Origin: an uncultured Bacteroidia bacterium
Lineage (GTDB): Bacteria > Bacteroidota > Bacteroidia > J057 > CALAJH01
DNA: 64,000 bases
Reading direction: 5' to 3'
Assembly: GCA_937922655.1 (NCBI GenBank)
Contig: CALAJH010000024.1
Coordinates: 60,151-124,150, forward strand
The notes under the pieces were generated by a model. The model searched no databases. It was not told the DNA's origin and saw only the letters and a list, made by a program, of their open reading frames with translations. This document shows positions 63,701-64,000 of the stretch, one piece after another. Positions within the stretch are counted from its first letter, which is position 1; each line of letters begins with the position of its first letter. Both the position numbers and the translations under genes were made by a program.

Positions 63701-64000
63701 GCCATGAAGAACGACGTCGCCGCCGCCAAAACCGGTGGTCATCATCCCAAAGTTACCCGTGCGCAAGTGACCGCCTCCCCCCGAAATGGTGAACGTTCCC
63801 TCGTTTTGATAATACATCGTAAAAGCGCCGAGGCTCATCGTTCCGTTCAAGGTAGTGTTGCCCTTAACCCATATTCCATGCCATTCGACTTCCAGATTTG
63901 CCCCCGAAGCCACGGAAAAGTTGCCGAACACATTGAGAATCAAAGGCATTAACGCCGCGTCAACCGGCGCGATGCCCGTAGAAAATACAGCGTTCCCCGG
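60713..64000 (-). CDS. large T9SS type A cargo (beta-helix-like repeats, PKD domain, Por-secretion tail), 5' end outside the window
   Basis: The frame stays open upstream of the track Met (63949) to base 64000 (...PGNAVFSTGIAPVDAAL-MPLILN), so the N-terminus is missing. PKD text YEWNFGDGTTV. C-terminus ...VSDLSGRIVATAVSGGQSEVKLGSIPAGVYLVRVSGAENGVFKVPVGK is a type A sorting domain. Confidence 0.8.
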   Translation of the reverse strand, partial: PGNAVFSTGIAPVDAALMPLILNVFGNFSVASGANLEVEWHGIWVKGNTTLNGTMSLGAFTMYYQNEGTFTISGGGGHLRTGNFGMMTTGFGGGDVVLHGATLNANANSLLTLEGSSRLGSFAGDPALEGSGIKAFKKGSTRSVVNIWGTAVLNQVTFENGGCIYFDDSDLNIKNGGTVASSSEFLIDFYGINGENSGILTVENGGTLELNAGADNDNVEAIASLSYFNTGSIIKLNNGLSYQANFIVSGQQYNNTVINNGDGWVVTKPFTTGTLYGNGTYYNLNVLTGGSGGYQTVAGSNLKVSNMLAVGSGRSLAINGTLTVLPTASILNTGTIIVNETGTSGWLRLQNPIAPGSFPQGVEVRSNGLMSIEAVIGFGNAPNRPTLLAGGKIRVGNGNSPGTLNADGPFTVVSGATFEIMPDGIMNLNNNDYTVNSGGTFAIRSDASGGNSRAGILMNLGTGVVIGNVIVERQFTGGQGYRYISSPISSAAFNTISGFTPKPIQYTTTYPAINYLANFFWYDESLTSAYGWMSADPNPLNPLLTWKKWVGWESSNNAATPLEVGRGYAIRTTSPVKISVTGSLNNGNITALSMTKQASTDNPNGTGWQLVGNPYPSPIEWSSLRAFNASRVNGSCYRFEHTSLFKGQYNSHNGFIGTPDSTVPNTIAMFQAFFVEANGGGGNLQFTNAMRTASPTTYYRSAEPKEVLRLRLIAPNELGDEILVYHQPETDDSPAATPNFDPRWDGRELIPYEQGAPSLFSLAETGEKLCLNATSELNGNRRVQLGVDVASAGEIRLKTVEMSQFDPSALVLLVDTKTGTHLNLRHTEEYVTYFDPETDRFRFHLQYYAPLAIEKSNAACETPGGQILIAQTDDVSGWFYAVRDGHGIAVASGAVNSEPVVISDLRPDDYTVELRNLPYNESVTQIVSILGGTQVSLALNAPRSATLGEPVTFNALASGAAAYEWNFGDGTTVDAGPSVTHTYISEGTFNVSVKASNETCDATAEQTISVGKTTSVNTALDVVPTRAFAVGESVVVRFGKPGESFVEVSDLSGRIVATAVSGGQSEVKLGSIPAGVYLVRVSGAENGVFKVPVGK

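Overview
This 64-kb chromosomal segment reads as Bacteroidota. The evidence is type A and type B T9SS C-terminal sorting domains, gldD, many TAnnTTTG '-7' promoter boxes, and a tmRNA tag ending YALAA. I call about 48 densely packed protein genes. Most are housekeeping: lpxK, uvrC, yidC, tsaC, nadD, thyX, ilvE, purA, pdxA, isolated nuoB and nuoJ, a P-type ATPase, a TonB-dependent receptor and an OmpA-family protein. There is one tmRNA (ssrA). I found no rRNA, tRNA, CRISPR array, prophage, integrase or recognisable defence system. Both window edges cut large secreted proteins; the left one (1..851, minus strand) is missing from the ORF track because it has no stop in the window. Many track ORFs are Arg/Gly-rich antisense shadows, or 5' extensions that begin at TTG/GTG, and I trimmed or rejected these. 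I could not identify one clear-cut novel system. The items most worth a second look are listed here. (1) A translationally coupled pair: a membrane-anchored patatin phospholipase and a stand-alone MprF-synthase-like DUF2156 gene. (2) Isolated nuoJ and nuoB genes, each next to a small Cys-bearing Q/S/K/T-rich membrane protein. (3) A 1358-aa type B T9SS cargo with collagen-like GXY runs, poly-Gly blocks and in-frame simple-sequence repeats. (4) An IcmF-like mutase barrel without B12 or G domains, next to ssrA. (5) An internally deleted IS1-like remnant with nested inverted repeats inside the largest non-coding gap. (6) A cluster of TTTAGACA repeats upstream of an outer-membrane barrel gene. (7) Six genes whose ATG lies 3-7 nt after a -7 box, which suggests leaderless mRNAs. 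All functional calls come from reading motifs by eye; no database search was possible.
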